Notes under the pieces: model-generated
Told to the model about the DNA's origin: nothing
Seen by the model: the letters and a program-made list of their open reading frames with translations, nothing else
Database searches by the model: none
Made by a program: the position numbers and the translations under genes
From: an uncultured Azohydromonas sp.
GTDB taxonomy: Bacteria > Pseudomonadota > Gammaproteobacteria > Burkholderiales > Burkholderiaceae_C
DNA: 64,000 bases
Direction: 5' to 3'
NCBI GenBank assembly: GCA_964618555.1
Contig: CAZUBF010000001.1
Coordinates: forward strand, 74,687-138,686
Shown: piece by piece, positions 50,839-60,922 of the stretch
Position numbering within the stretch: position 1 is the stretch's first letter
Layout of the letters: each line of letters starts with the position of its first letter

Positions 50839-51639
50839 ATGAAGAAGTCCCCGATGATCTCCGCGCTCGCCCTGGCCACCTCGATGCTCGCGGCGGTCGC
50901 GGCGCAGGCAGCCACCGTCTCGCTGCAGGACATCACGGCCACGTGGTACGACGGCAACCCGGCCGCGAACGTGGACTACTACGCCAACGGCACGACGGCG
51001 CCTTACGCACGCTGGGGTACAGGCGGACCAGGTGGTCAGCAAAGCGGCTACGACTACGACGTCGCTGCACAGCCGATCGAGTTCGTCGTGCCGCCGTCGC
51101 CGTCGCCCAACCAGGTGCTGGGGACCTTCACGCACCAGAACTTCCCGATCAACGCGGGGTCGAGCATCACCGGCATCAAGCTGCGCATCAAGGCCGACGT
51201 CTATGTCGATGCCACGCTGGTCGGCGACGACCTGGAGTTCGAGTACGCGTTCTCGCACTGGGAGACCGACAACGGCGCGAACCCTTGCGCTAACGGTGGT
51301 ACGAATGGGTGGGGCGTGAACGTCAACGGTTGCGCCGATCGCGTCATCGCGAACTGGCTCGCGACGTCCGACAGCTTCGAGGTCAACAACGGTGTCACGA
51401 TCGATACGTACTCGCTGAACATCATCGGCTTCTCGCTCGACGAGGACGGCGTGAATCCGTTCACGTCGTTCTGGACGGCCGAAAAGAAGGAAAACGTGGC
51501 GTATCTGCTGGGCAACGTGGCGCTGAAGAGCGACCTGCTGCCGCCTGAGCAAGTGCCCGAGCCGGCAACGCTGGCGCTGGTCGGCCTGGGCCTGCTGGGC
51601 GCGGCCGCGGCGCGGCGCCGCAAGTCGGCACGCGGCTGA
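50839..51639 (+). CDS. PEP-CTERM surface protein with THxN motif
   Basis: AGGAGG RBS; signal peptide; LGTFTHQNFPI; VPEPATLALVGLGLLGAAAARRRK. Confidence 0.93.
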   Translation: MKKSPMISALALATSMLAAVAAQAATVSLQDITATWYDGNPAANVDYYANGTTAPYARWGTGGPGGQQSGYDYDVAAQPIEFVVPPSPSPNQVLGTFTHQNFPINAGSSITGIKLRIKADVYVDATLVGDDLEFEYAFSHWETDNGANPCANGGTNGWGVNVNGCADRVIANWLATSDSFEVNNGVTIDTYSLNIIGFSLDEDGVNPFTSFWTAEKKENVAYLLGNVALKSDLLPPEQVPEPATLALVGLGLLGAAAARRRKSARG

Positions 51640-51675
51640 ATCCGGGCGGCGCAGCCCGGGGCAGACCCTCGACGA

Positions 51676-51711
51676 GCCCGCAGGCGGCGACGCCTGCGGG
51701 CCGTTTCGTTT
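51676..51711 (+). terminator. Probable rho-independent terminator
   Basis: GCCCGCAGGCG-GCGA-CGCCTGCGGGC stem-loop followed by CGTTTCGTTT. Confidence 0.7.
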
Positions 51712-51780
51712 GGCTCGCATCGTCGTGCGACGTGGCGCGCCCAGACCTCCGCCCGGGTGCGGCAGGCGCGGCGGGCACAC

Positions 51781-51863
51781 CGTCGGGGAATTTGCCAGCG
51801 GTTCGATGCGGTCTGAAAAGCATCAATGCCGACAACGACTTAGAGGCTGGCATCGTTCCTGCT
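51781..51863 (+). promoter_or_regulatory. Degenerate PEP-CTERM box and sigma-54 promoter
   Basis: CGTCGGGGAATTTGCCA (51781-51797); TGGCATCGTTCCTGCT with GG-N10-GC (51848-51863). Confidence 0.65.
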
Positions 51864-51947
51864 TGGGATTGCATCAAGAGCCACGGGCGCGTGCATCGAG
51901 CGGCCCGCGGAACCCGAATCAGTTCATTCACATCGCCTGGAGTCAAC

Positions 51948-52685
51948 GTGCACGTGACCAAGATCATCCCCGTCGTCGCATTCGCGGCGTCGGCGCTCGC
52001 CGTGGGTGCGGCGCACGCCGGCAACGTCACCCTCACCGGTTTCGCGTGGGGCTCGCAGCAGGTCACCGCGAAGAACGTCAGCCCGGGCTCGCCCACGTTC
52101 GGGGCGAGCACCGTCAATGCCGGCGCGTTCACGGGGAGCACCAGCGGGTTCGCGGATGGCTTCAACGGCGCGCTGATCACGTACTGCGTGGAGTACGTCG
52201 AGACCTTCTCGTTCTCGTCGATGAGCGGCTACGAGGTCGTCGCAGGTGAGAACTACGCACATTGGGACGGCGATGCATCCGCGATTGCGTGGCGGGTGGG
52301 CTCGCTGATGACCTATCTCGGCACCCTGGCCGACCCGGTCGACACGGCCTTCGAGTCGGCCGCGGCGCAGTTGGCGATCTGGGAGATCATCTACGAGAAG
52401 CCGGTCGACCAGGATCTGAGCCTCGCCGACGGCAACTTCCTCGAATCGAAGTCCGGCAACGATTCGCTGCGCGAAAAGGCCGACGCCTACCTGGCGGGTT
52501 CCGAGGGCGGCGATAACGCGTTCGACGTCTACGTGCTCACCAAGGACACGAGCCAGGACTTCCTGCTGCTGCGAGATCGCCTGCCCCCGAGCGAAGTGCC
52601 GCTGCCCGGCAGCCTCGCGCTGCTCGCCGGTGGCCTCGGTGCGATGGGTCTGGCGACGCGTCGCCGTCGCGGCACCGGGGCCTGA
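51948..52685 (+). CDS. PEP-CTERM-type (VPLP) surface protein with thioester-domain-like motifs
   Basis: GGAG RBS then GTG; signal peptide ending AHA; YCVE and AQLAIWE; VPLPGSLALLAGGLGAMGLATRRRR. Confidence 0.85.
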   Translation: MHVTKIIPVVAFAASALAVGAAHAGNVTLTGFAWGSQQVTAKNVSPGSPTFGASTVNAGAFTGSTSGFADGFNGALITYCVEYVETFSFSSMSGYEVVAGENYAHWDGDASAIAWRVGSLMTYLGTLADPVDTAFESAAAQLAIWEIIYEKPVDQDLSLADGNFLESKSGNDSLREKADAYLAGSEGGDNAFDVYVLTKDTSQDFLLLRDRLPPSEVPLPGSLALLAGGLGAMGLATRRRRGTGA

Positions 52686-52922
52686 GCCCGGCAGCGCGCG
52701 GCCTCGAAGGCGCCGCGGGTCACGGCAGACCGCGGCGCCTGATGGGGTGGCCTTCGCCCCGACGACGACGTGCGATGCGGCGGCCGCGAGCGCGTCACCC
52801 GCTGCTGCTGCCCGCTGCCGCCGCTACGTGCCGAGAGCCGTGCGGCCGCCGCCGCACGGCAGCGGTCTGCAGGCCGTGCAAGGCCCGCCGCGCGGGTGAC
52901 GGTGCCCGCCCGAGATGTTGCA

Positions 52923-54776
52923 CTACTTGCGCGTCACCTTGATCGACGTCGACGACGCGTTGCCGGCCGCGTCGACGGCATCGAGCCGGAAGGTGTAGGT
53001 GCCCGGTGCGAGTTTGCGTGCGTCCCAGTTGGCGGCCACCTTGCCGGTGCCGCTGCTCGAGCGTTTCTTGACGCCGTCGATGTACAGCGACATCGAGATG
53101 CCGCCGACGCCGCTGTCGTCGGTCGCCACCCCTTCGACCTTGTAGACGTTGGACCCGAACACCTGGCCGTCGCTGGGGTGCTTGAACGCCAGCACGGGGG
53201 GCGCCTTGTCGCCGCCGGGCGCGGGGGGCGTGCCAGCAGAGGCATTGGCCACGTTCACGGCGACGACGGCCGAATCGCTGCAGTTGCCCGCCGCGTCGCA
53301 CGCCCGCGCGACCAGATTGGCCATGCCGTTGGCGACCGTCGTCGTGTCCCAGCTGAAGCTGAACGGCGCGCTGTTGTCGGTGCCGATCCGGCTGCCGTTG
53401 ACAAAGAGCTCCACCTTGGCCACGCCGACGTTGTCGCTGGCCGAGACGTTGACGCTGGACAGGCCACCGACCGTCGAACTGGCTGCGGGAGACGTGAGGG
53501 TCACCGTGGGCGCCATGGTGTCGGCGGTCGGCGTGTTCGACGAGCCGAGCGCCGCGTAGACCGCCGCCGCCGCATCGATGCGGCCGTGACCGAATTGCGG
53601 ATCCCGCCCGCCGGTGCCGAGGTCCACGGCCGTGTCGTACAGAATGCTCTGGACTTCGTTGCTGCCCAGTTTGGGGTTCGCGGACATCACGAGGGCCGCG
53701 GTGGCCGCCGTGATCGGTGCCGCGAACGAGGTGCCGGACACCGAAGCGTACTTCTGTCCCATCGCGGTGCTGTAGATGCCCGATCCGGGCGCCGCGAGGT
53801 GCACGTGGTTGCCGAAGTTGGACCAACTCGTCTTCGCGTCCTTGCTGTCGGTCGCCGACACGACGACCAGCGACGAGGTGGTCGACTCCGCCGGATCGAT
53901 GCCGCTGTTGCCGGCGCTCACGAAAACCAGGCCGCCCTTGTCCTTCATGTACTGCGCGGCGCTGCGGATCGTCGTGTAGCCGCTGGCGGCGAAGCTGACG
54001 TTCGCAATGCGTGCGCCGCGGTCGGCCGCGTACATGATCCCCTCGACGAGCGCGCTCAGCGACGCGTAGCCGTTGGTGCCGGTGACGCGGATCGGCATGA
54101 TGCGCGCCGCGCCTGCGACCGAGGCCACGCCGGTGCCGTTGTTCAGCGTTGCCGCCGCAGCGCCGGCGACCTTCGTGCCGTGCCCGTAGACGTCGGCCGT
54201 ATTGGTGTTGCGGTCGTAGAAGTTGTAGCCGGCCACCAGCCGGTCCTTCAGGTCGGGGTGACTCGCCTCGACCCCGGAGTCGAGCACCGCGATCGTGACC
54301 CCCGCACCTTTGGTCACGCCCCAGACTTCCGCCGCGCCGATCTTCGGCAGGTGCCACTGGCTGCCGAGGAAAGGGTCGTTGCTGCTGTCGGGCGGGATCA
54401 ACGTGTCGAGCTCGGCCGCCTCGATGTTCGGATCGTTCCTCAGCCGCTGGAGCACGTTGCTCTCGCGCACATGGGCCGGCAGTTCGATCAGGTGCAGCCT
54501 GCTGGCGCCCATGCGCCTGCGCTTGCCGCCTTCCTTGCCGGTGATGCCGTCGAGCTGGTGGTCCGGCAGCCCCGGCTTGGGCACCACCACGAGGCGGCCC
54601 TTCAGCCACGGCCCCTCGGCCGACCGTTCGGGCGGCGCGGCGCCGGCCGTCGAGGCGGCGAACAGCAGCGATGCCGCCAGCGCCGGCGTGATCAGGCCGG
54701 CAGCCAGGGGGGCGGCCAGCGTGCGCGCCGCGCTGCGCACCGGGCGGCGAGCGGTTCGGGGTGTGTGAGTCGACAC
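52923..54776 (-). CDS. Secreted S8 subtilase with prodomain and two C-terminal Ig-like domains
   Basis: VLDSGV, GHGTKVAG, SAGNSG, SGTSFAAP triad; DTMAPTVTLTSP...DNVGVAKV repeats. Confidence 0.92.
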   Translation of the reverse strand: MSTHTPRTARRPVRSAARTLAAPLAAGLITPALAASLLFAASTAGAAPPERSAEGPWLKGRLVVVPKPGLPDHQLDGITGKEGGKRRRMGASRLHLIELPAHVRESNVLQRLRNDPNIEAAELDTLIPPDSSNDPFLGSQWHLPKIGAAEVWGVTKGAGVTIAVLDSGVEASHPDLKDRLVAGYNFYDRNTNTADVYGHGTKVAGAAAATLNNGTGVASVAGAARIMPIRVTGTNGYASLSALVEGIMYAADRGARIANVSFAASGYTTIRSAAQYMKDKGGLVFVSAGNSGIDPAESTTSSLVVVSATDSKDAKTSWSNFGNHVHLAAPGSGIYSTAMGQKYASVSGTSFAAPITAATAALVMSANPKLGSNEVQSILYDTAVDLGTGGRDPQFGHGRIDAAAAVYAALGSSNTPTADTMAPTVTLTSPAASSTVGGLSSVNVSASDNVGVAKVELFVNGSRIGTDNSAPFSFSWDTTTVANGMANLVARACDAAGNCSDSAVVAVNVANASAGTPPAPGGDKAPPVLAFKHPSDGQVFGSNVYKVEGVATDDSGVGGISMSLYIDGVKKRSSSGTGKVAANWDARKLAPGTYTFRLDAVDAAGNASSTSIKVTRK

Positions 54777-55325
54777 GATTGAGCTCCGTTAAGCCCTGGG
54801 CGCACTGCAACCCCACGCACGGCGGAACCGGATTCGAGTGCGACTTCGCTGTGCCCGATCACCGGGGTGGTCGGCAACAACTCGGCGATCGCGCTGGCCT
54901 CGAAACGCAGGATCGGTTCGAGGCCGCTGAATCTGGCAGTCCTGCCGTCCTGGGGCCTGGGCCCGTTAGACCGTTGACTTTGCGTCTCCCGCTTTCGCGG
55001 GATTTGCCCTTTTCAGATTGCGAAAACAGTTACTGCGATGGCGACAATGCTAGGGCTTCGGGCGCCTGCGTGCCGCGAACTGCCGGTAAGTTTGGGTAAC
55101 AAGCAGGCTGGGTGCGTTTCGGCGCGTGCGCGATGCGCGGGTCGAGGGCATGTCGGGCTCCGGTCGAGGCGGCGATGGGTCGGCGACGGATGGCGTCCCG
55201 GGCGCAACGCGCCGGTTATGCATGTTTGCGGCCGACCCGCCCGCGACTTGAGTCGCCTGGCACGTAACGGCGCGCAACGGTCGCGTCCATCGATGTCCGG
55301 CGGCGCCTTCGCCGCCGACGCGCCG

Positions 55326-55820
55326 TCAGCCTCCGCGCGCGGCCCGCGCCGCCTGCACCTCGACGGCCCGCAACTCCGCCGCCGCCTTGTCGAGCACCCC
55401 GTTCACGTACTTGTGGCCGTCGGTGCCGCCGAAGGCCTTGGCCAGTTCGACGGCTTCGTTGATCGCCACTTTGTAAGGAATGTCGACACAGTGCTTCAAT
55501 TCGTAAGCACCAATCATCAGCACCGCGTGCTCCACCGGACTCAGCTCGGTGGTCTTGCGGTCGACGTGGCGCGCGAGCTGCGCGTCGAGGTCGGCGGCCT
55601 GGTCGATGCAGCCGTGCAGCAGCGCGTCGAAGTGCACGCGGTCGGCCTGGGCGAAGCCGTCCTGCTCGCGCATGTGCGCGTCGATGGCGCCGGCGTCGCC
55701 GCCGCCGACCAGCCACTCGTACAGGCCCTGCAGCGCCAGCTCGCGCGCACGGCGGCGCGCCTGGTGCGGGTTGGGGCGGCCGCCGCGGCGTGGCGGGGCG
55801 GCCTTGGTGGGTCCGGTCAC
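55326..55820 (-). CDS. nusB: Transcription antitermination factor NusB
   Basis: [36 protein letters not shown]. Confidence 0.97.
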   Translation of the reverse strand: MTGPTKAAPPRRGGRPNPHQARRRARELALQGLYEWLVGGGDAGAIDAHMREQDGFAQADRVHFDALLHGCIDQAADLDAQLARHVDRKTTELSPVEHAVLMIGAYELKHCVDIPYKVAINEAVELAKAFGGTDGHKYVNGVLDKAAAELRAVEVQAARAARGG

Positions 55821-56281
55821 AGCAAGTCGTCCAGCAGGCGCGCCATCTCCACCGCCACGCGTGCGGCGTCGCGGCCCTTGTCGTCGGCGCGCGCCCAGGC
55901 CTGGGCCTCGTTCTCGACGGTGAGGATGGCGTTGGCCACCGGCACGCCGTGGTCCAGCGCCACGCGGCTGACGCCGGCGCCGCTTTCGTTGGCGACCAGT
56001 TCGAAGTGGTAGGTCTCGCCGCGGATCACGCAGCCCAGCGCGACCAGCGCGTCGAACTCGTCGCGCTCGGCCAGCGCGTGCAGCGCGATCGGTACCTCCA
56101 GCGCGCCGGGCACGTCGACCACGCGCACGTGCCGCCCGGCCACGCCCAGCGCGGCCAGCTCGGCCAGGCAGGCGTCGGCCAGACGGCGGGTGATGGCGTC
56201 GTTGAAGCGCGCGCGCACGATGCCCACGTGCAGTCCGGCGCCGTCCAGCGCCTCGGCGCGGCCGGGGTCGCCGTCTTTCAT
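55817..56281 (-). CDS. ribH: 6,7-dimethyl-8-ribityllumazine synthase
   Basis: [24 protein letters not shown]. Confidence 0.96.
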   Translation of the reverse strand: MKDGDPGRAEALDGAGLHVGIVRARFNDAITRRLADACLAELAALGVAGRHVRVVDVPGALEVPIALHALAERDEFDALVALGCVIRGETYHFELVANESGAGVSRVALDHGVPVANAILTVENEAQAWARADDKGRDAARVAVEMARLLDDLL

Positions 56282-57399
56282 GGTCGAGGCTGCGCAGCAG
56301 CGGCCGCGGGGTCGGTGACGAAACCGGTGACCTCGAGGCCGTAGCCGGTCATGCTGGGCATGCGCTGCGTGCGGCCCAGCAGCTTCATGCGCGACACGCC
56401 CAGGTGGCGCAGGATCTGCGCGCCCACGCCGTAGGTGCGCAGGTCCATCTCGCGGCGCGGGGCGGCAGGCGCGGCGGCCGTGGGCAGCGCCTGCGCCAGC
56501 AGGCCGGCGGCGTCGTCGCCGCAGTTCAGCAGCACCGCCACGCCGCGGCCCTCGGCCTGCAGCGCGCGCAGCGCGTCGGCCAGCGGCCACGAATGCGCCT
56601 TCGCGCCGGCGTCCAGCACGTCCATCAGCGACAGCGGCTCGTGCACGCGCACCAGCACCTCGTCCTCGGCCTCGCGCCACTGGCCCAGGCTCAGTGCCAG
56701 GTGCACGCCGCCGGTGCGGTCCTTGAAGACGGTGCAGTCGAACGGGCCCCAGGGCGTGGCCAGCGGGCGGCGGCCCAGGCGCTCGATCAGCGTCTCGTTC
56801 TGGCTGCGGAAGGCGATCAGGTCGGCGATGGTGCCGATCTTCAGCCCGTGCTCGCGCGCGAACAGCACCAGGTCGTCGAGCCGCGCCATGGTGCCGTCGT
56901 CCTTCATGATCTCGCAGATGACGGCCGCCGGTGTCAGCCCGGCCATTGCCGCGAGGTCGCAACCGGCTTCGGTGTGCCCGGCGCGCATCAGCACGCCGCC
57001 GTCCTGCGCCTGCAGCGGGAACACGTGGCCGGGCTGCACGAGGTCGCTGGCTTTCGCGTCGCGTGCCACCGCGGTCTTCACGGTGTGCGCGCGGTCGGCC
57101 GCCGAGATGCCGGTGCTCACGCCCTCGGCGGCCTCGATCGACACCGTGAACGCGGTGCCGTGGCGCGTGCCGTTGCGCGTGGCCATCGGCGGCAGTTGCA
57201 GGCGTTCGCAGTGCGCGCGCGTGAGCGTCAGGCAGATCAGCCCGCGGCCGAAACGCGCCATGAAGTTGACGGCCTCGGGCGTGACGTGGTCGGCCGCGAG
57301 CACCAGGTCGCCTTCGTTCTCGCGGTCCTCCTCGTCGACGAGGATCACCATGCGCCCGGCGGCCAGCTCGGCCACCAGTTCGGGGACGGGGGAGATCAT
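56278..57399 (-). CDS. ribB: DHBP synthase fused to a degenerate GTP cyclohydrolase II-like domain (RibBX type)
   Basis: [25 protein letters not shown]; C-terminal VRVHEPL lacks the zinc-binding Cys of RVHSEC. Confidence 0.92.
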   Translation of the reverse strand: MISPVPELVAELAAGRMVILVDEEDRENEGDLVLAADHVTPEAVNFMARFGRGLICLTLTRAHCERLQLPPMATRNGTRHGTAFTVSIEAAEGVSTGISAADRAHTVKTAVARDAKASDLVQPGHVFPLQAQDGGVLMRAGHTEAGCDLAAMAGLTPAAVICEIMKDDGTMARLDDLVLFAREHGLKIGTIADLIAFRSQNETLIERLGRRPLATPWGPFDCTVFKDRTGGVHLALSLGQWREAEDEVLVRVHEPLSLMDVLDAGAKAHSWPLADALRALQAEGRGVAVLLNCGDDAAGLLAQALPTAAAPAAPRREMDLRTYGVGAQILRHLGVSRMKLLGRTQRMPSMTGYGLEVTGFVTDPAAAAAQPRP

Positions 57400-57520
57400 G
57401 GGGCGCGATTGTAGGTGGCGGCCCTCGTCGCCGCCGGCCGGCGGCGTCGCCGGACAGCGGCGCTCGACCGTGCGCGCGGCGCACGGCCAAGGGGCCGACC
57501 GGATGTTCAACATTGATTGA

Positions 57521-57547
57521 CGCCCCGTCGGGCAGGAGGTGTGGTGA
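57521..57547 (+). pseudogene. 3' remnant of a MazE/ChpS-like antitoxin
   Basis: Frame reads RPVGQEVW-stop, overlapping the toxin start (GTGA); in-frame stop immediately upstream. Confidence 0.55.
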
Positions 57548-57888
57548 GGCCCGCCTTCGACCGCGGCGACATCGTGAGGGTCGGCCTGGAGCCCGTCGCC
57601 GGGCACGAGATGCGCGGCGAGGCACGGCCGGCACTGGTGCTGACGACGAAGGACTTCAACGGGCTCGGCGACGTGCTCGTCGCCCCGACCACGCAGGGCG
57701 GCGACCACGCGCGCCATGCCGGGTTCGCGGTGTCGCTGACCGGCACGGGCTGCAAGACGCAGGGCGTCGCGCTGGTCAACAAGATCCGCTTGCTCGACCT
57801 CGCTGCGCGCGGTGCACGCCGGGTGGAACGTGCGCCGCCCGACGTCGTCGACGACGCGCTGGGGCGGCTGATGGCGATGCTGGAATGA
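57544..57888 (+). CDS. PemK/MazF (ChpB-like) endoribonuclease toxin
   Basis: AGGAGG RBS; [44 protein letters not shown]. Confidence 0.9.
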   Translation: MRPAFDRGDIVRVGLEPVAGHEMRGEARPALVLTTKDFNGLGDVLVAPTTQGGDHARHAGFAVSLTGTGCKTQGVALVNKIRLLDLAARGARRVERAPPDVVDDALGRLMAMLE

Positions 57889-57919
57889 CGGCGGGCGCTG
57901 CCGCCGCCGGCGCGGGCAT

Positions 57920-58537
57920 TCACGCCGGGCGCAGCATGCGCTCGACGTAGCGCGCGATCAGGTCGACTTCCAGGTTCACGCGCGAGCCGGCGGCCAGCGT
58001 GCCCAGCGTGGTGTGCTGCACCGTGTGCGGGATCACGTTGATGCTGAACTCGCAGCCGTCGGCGCGGTCGTCGACGCGGTTCACCGTGAGGCTGACGCCG
58101 TTGACCGCCACCGAGCCCTTGTAGGCCAGGAAACGCGCCAGGTCCTTGGGCGCGAGCACGCGCAGTTCCCACGACTCGCCCACCGGCGCGAAGTGGGTGA
58201 CCTGGCCGATGCCGTCGACGTGGCCGCTGACCAGGTGGCCGCCGAGCCGGTCGTGGGCGCGCAGCGCCTGTTCCAGGTTCACCGTGCCGGTGCCGTCGAG
58301 CCCGGCGGTGCGCGCCAGGCTCTCGGCCGACACGTCCACCGTGAACTGCGACGCGGCGGCGTCGAGCGAGGTCACCGTCATGCACGCGCCGTTGAGCGCG
58401 ATGCTGTCGCCGGGCACCGCCTCGGCCAGCCAGCCGGCGGGGGTCTCGACGGTGAGGCGGCGGCCGTGCTCGCGGCCGCTGCCCAGCGGGGTCGATGCGA
58501 CGATGCGGCCGACGGCGGTGACGATGCCGGTGAACAT
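57920..58537 (-). CDS. ribE: Riboflavin synthase (alpha chain)
   Basis: MFTGIV N-terminus; SIALNGACMTV, LGGHLVSGHVDG, VNLEVD. Confidence 0.96.
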   Translation of the reverse strand: MFTGIVTAVGRIVASTPLGSGREHGRRLTVETPAGWLAEAVPGDSIALNGACMTVTSLDAAASQFTVDVSAESLARTAGLDGTGTVNLEQALRAHDRLGGHLVSGHVDGIGQVTHFAPVGESWELRVLAPKDLARFLAYKGSVAVNGVSLTVNRVDDRADGCEFSINVIPHTVQHTTLGTLAAGSRVNLEVDLIARYVERMLRPA

Positions 58538-58551
58538 GGCGGCGATTGTCG

Positions 58552-58637
58552 CAGGGCGGCGGGCGGGCCGCCGGGCAGGGCGGCGGGTGGGGCGGCGGAC
58601 GGGCCGTTGGGCGGGCCGGCCGGCGGGGCGGGCGGCG
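58552..58637. repeat. Degenerate 12-bp G-rich tandem repeat, about 6-7 units
   Basis: GGGCGGCGGGCG-like units between ribD and ribE. Confidence 0.55.
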
Positions 58638-58641
58638 TGCG

Positions 58642-59844
58642 TCAGGCGCCTGCGCGGTCGACCTCGGCCGCGCAAGGCAGCCGCGCGAGGATGCGCAGGT
58701 CGTCGCCGACGCGGTCGACGGCGTGCCAGCGCAGCGGCAGCGCGTCGGCCAGGCGTTCCAGCGGGCCGAAGGCGGCCATCTCGCGGCCGATGCCGATCAG
58801 CTTGGGCGCCAGGTACACCAGCAGCTCGTCGACCCGGCCGGTGCGCAGCAGCGACGCGTTGAGCTTGTGCCCGGCCTCGACGTGCAGTTCGTTGACGTCG
58901 CGCCGGCCCAGGTCGAGCAGCATCGCCGCCAGGTCCACCTTGCCGTGCGCGTCGGGCAGCGCCACCAGTTCGGCGCCGCGTTCGCGCAGCGCGGCGGCCC
59001 GCGCGGCGGTGGCATCGGCGCCATCGGCGGTGCCGGTGGTGTCGCCGGCATCGGCGCCGTAGGCGGCGTGGGCACCGTCGCCGGCGTGGTAGATCAGCAC
59101 GTCGCCCGGCGGCTGCAGCAGCCGCGCCGCGGGCGGCGTGCGCAGCCGCGCGTCGACCACCACGCGCAGCGGCTGCAGCACGGTGGGCACGTGGCGCACG
59201 TCCAGCCGCGGGTCGTCCTCGAGCACGGTGCCGATGCCGGTGAGCACCGCGCCGGCGCGCCGCCGCCACGCGTGGCCGTCGGCGCGCGCCGCCTCGCCGG
59301 TGATCCACTGGCTGACGCCGTTGGCGAGTGCCGTGCGCCCGTCGAACGACGCCGCCACCTTCATCCGCACCCACGGCCGGCGGCGCTGCATGCGCGAGAA
59401 GAAGCCGATGTTCAGCTCGCGCGCCGCGGCGGCGACGCCGGCGTCGGCCTCGTGCGCCATCACCACCGCGACGCCGGCGGCGCGCAGCCGCGCGAGGCCC
59501 TGGCCGGCCACCAGCGGGTTCGGGTCGCCGACCGCCACCACCACGCGGCCGACGCCGGCGTCGGCCAGCGCGTCGCAGCAAGGCGGCGTGCGGCCGAAGT
59601 GCGCGCAGGGCTCGAGCGTGACGTAGACGGTGCTGCCGCGCGGGTCGTGCCCGGCGGCGCGTGCGGCCTGCAGCGCGGCGACTTCGGCGTGCGCGCCGCC
59701 GGCGCGCTGCGTGAACCCCTCGGCCGTCCAGCCGTCGCCGGCGATCACGCAGCCGACGCGGGGGTTGGGGTCGGACAGGCCGACGCTGCGTTCGGCCAGG
59801 GCCAGCGCCCGCTGCAGGTGGGCGCGATCGACGGCGTCGTGCAT
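58642..59844 (-). CDS. ribD: Bifunctional riboflavin deaminase/reductase RibD
   Basis: PNPRVGCV, HAE, TLEPCAHFGRTPPC, SQWITG, GTVLEDDP. Confidence 0.96.
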   Translation of the reverse strand: MHDAVDRAHLQRALALAERSVGLSDPNPRVGCVIAGDGWTAEGFTQRAGGAHAEVAALQAARAAGHDPRGSTVYVTLEPCAHFGRTPPCCDALADAGVGRVVVAVGDPNPLVAGQGLARLRAAGVAVVMAHEADAGVAAAARELNIGFFSRMQRRRPWVRMKVAASFDGRTALANGVSQWITGEAARADGHAWRRRAGAVLTGIGTVLEDDPRLDVRHVPTVLQPLRVVVDARLRTPPAARLLQPPGDVLIYHAGDGAHAAYGADAGDTTGTADGADATAARAAALRERGAELVALPDAHGKVDLAAMLLDLGRRDVNELHVEAGHKLNASLLRTGRVDELLVYLAPKLIGIGREMAAFGPLERLADALPLRWHAVDRVGDDLRILARLPCAAEVDRAGA

Positions 59845-59995
59845 CGGCGCAGTCTAGCGGGGGCCGCGCGCGCCGCGCACCGGCCCGCGAAGCGCGACGG
59901 GCGCCCGCAGGCGCCCGTGAGGGTGTCGAGCCGCCCGGCTTGGCCGGCGATCCGCCCGGACCGTCGCCCGGGCGGATCGCGGCGCGCCGCGCGGG

Positions 59996-60805
59996 TCAGC
60001 CGCGCCGGCGCCGGCGCGACGCCGCCAGACCGGCCAGCGCCAGCCCGGTCAGGGCGAGGGTGGCGGGCTCGGGCGCGGGGTTCGGGTCGATCGGTTCGCC
60101 GGCGATCGTGATGCCGTCGAACGCCAGCCCGCTGTCGTAGATCTGGTCCGACCAGTTGACGACGCCGAACTCGAGGTAGTAGTTGCCGGCGTCGGGAATG
60201 GCGTAGTCCATCTCGATCCAGCCGGTCTGACCGCAGCCTTGCCCAATGCCGGCGAAGCACGCGCCGCTGTAGCCGCCGAGCGGGCTCCAGTTGGTCAGCC
60301 CATCGATGATCTCGGTGGTTGCCGGTGTCAGCGTGACACCCGGGGCCAGTCCGGGCAGCCCGAACCCAGGCACGGTATTGCCGGTCGGCGTGGTGCGCGC
60401 GGTGAACAGGATGGTTTCCGCCGCCGTGCCGGAGTTGATCAGCTTCACCCACGAGTACTCGATGTAACCGGACCCGTCGGAGGTGACGTAGTTGAAGTAG
60501 AAGTTCAGCGCGTCGCCGACCGCGGCGCCAAACGTCGGCGATCGGGCCACCGAACTGTTGGTCTCGGAACCGATGTTCAGGTCGCCGTTGTTGCCGCTGG
60601 CGCCGTTGGTCGACACGTAGCCGTAGTCGCCGCCCTGCGGAGACGCCGTTACGTCGCCATCCGGGCCCAGCGTGCCGCAATGGCTGCCGCCGACGCAGGT
60701 GTAGCCTGCCGGCAGGGGCGCCGCCGCGGCCGACCCGCCGGCCAGCAGGGCGGCGGCGGCCAGACTGGCTGCCGCCAGCAGCTTCAATCTCGGTTTGTTG
60801 CTCAT
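59996..60805 (-). CDS. PEP-CTERM surface protein
   Basis: Signal peptide; C-terminal APEPATLALTGLALAGLAASRRRRG. Confidence 0.92.
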   Translation of the reverse strand: MSNKPRLKLLAAASLAAAALLAGGSAAAAPLPAGYTCVGGSHCGTLGPDGDVTASPQGGDYGYVSTNGASGNNGDLNIGSETNSSVARSPTFGAAVGDALNFYFNYVTSDGSGYIEYSWVKLINSGTAAETILFTARTTPTGNTVPGFGLPGLAPGVTLTPATTEIIDGLTNWSPLGGYSGACFAGIGQGCGQTGWIEMDYAIPDAGNYYLEFGVVNWSDQIYDSGLAFDGITIAGEPIDPNPAPEPATLALTGLALAGLAASRRRRRG

Positions 60806-60922
60806 CTTCGTTCCCTCTCCGGAGTGAATCCACGATCACTGATGCCCAAACCGTCGAAGCGCCCGACCCGGCTGTCGCGAGGGCTGCCGCATGGCGGCGC
60901 GGGAACGGTTCGATGGGCAGAT

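Noticed and set aside
54960-55110. PrsR box or sigma-54 promoter for the subtilase
   Set aside because: AT-richer tract with only a weak TGT...TTAC resemblance and no GG-N10-GC found
57400-57520. FMN riboswitch upstream of rib genes
   Set aside because: No RFN consensus (AGGGCGGGGTGAAATTCCCGACCGGCGG-like) recognised here or upstream of ribD
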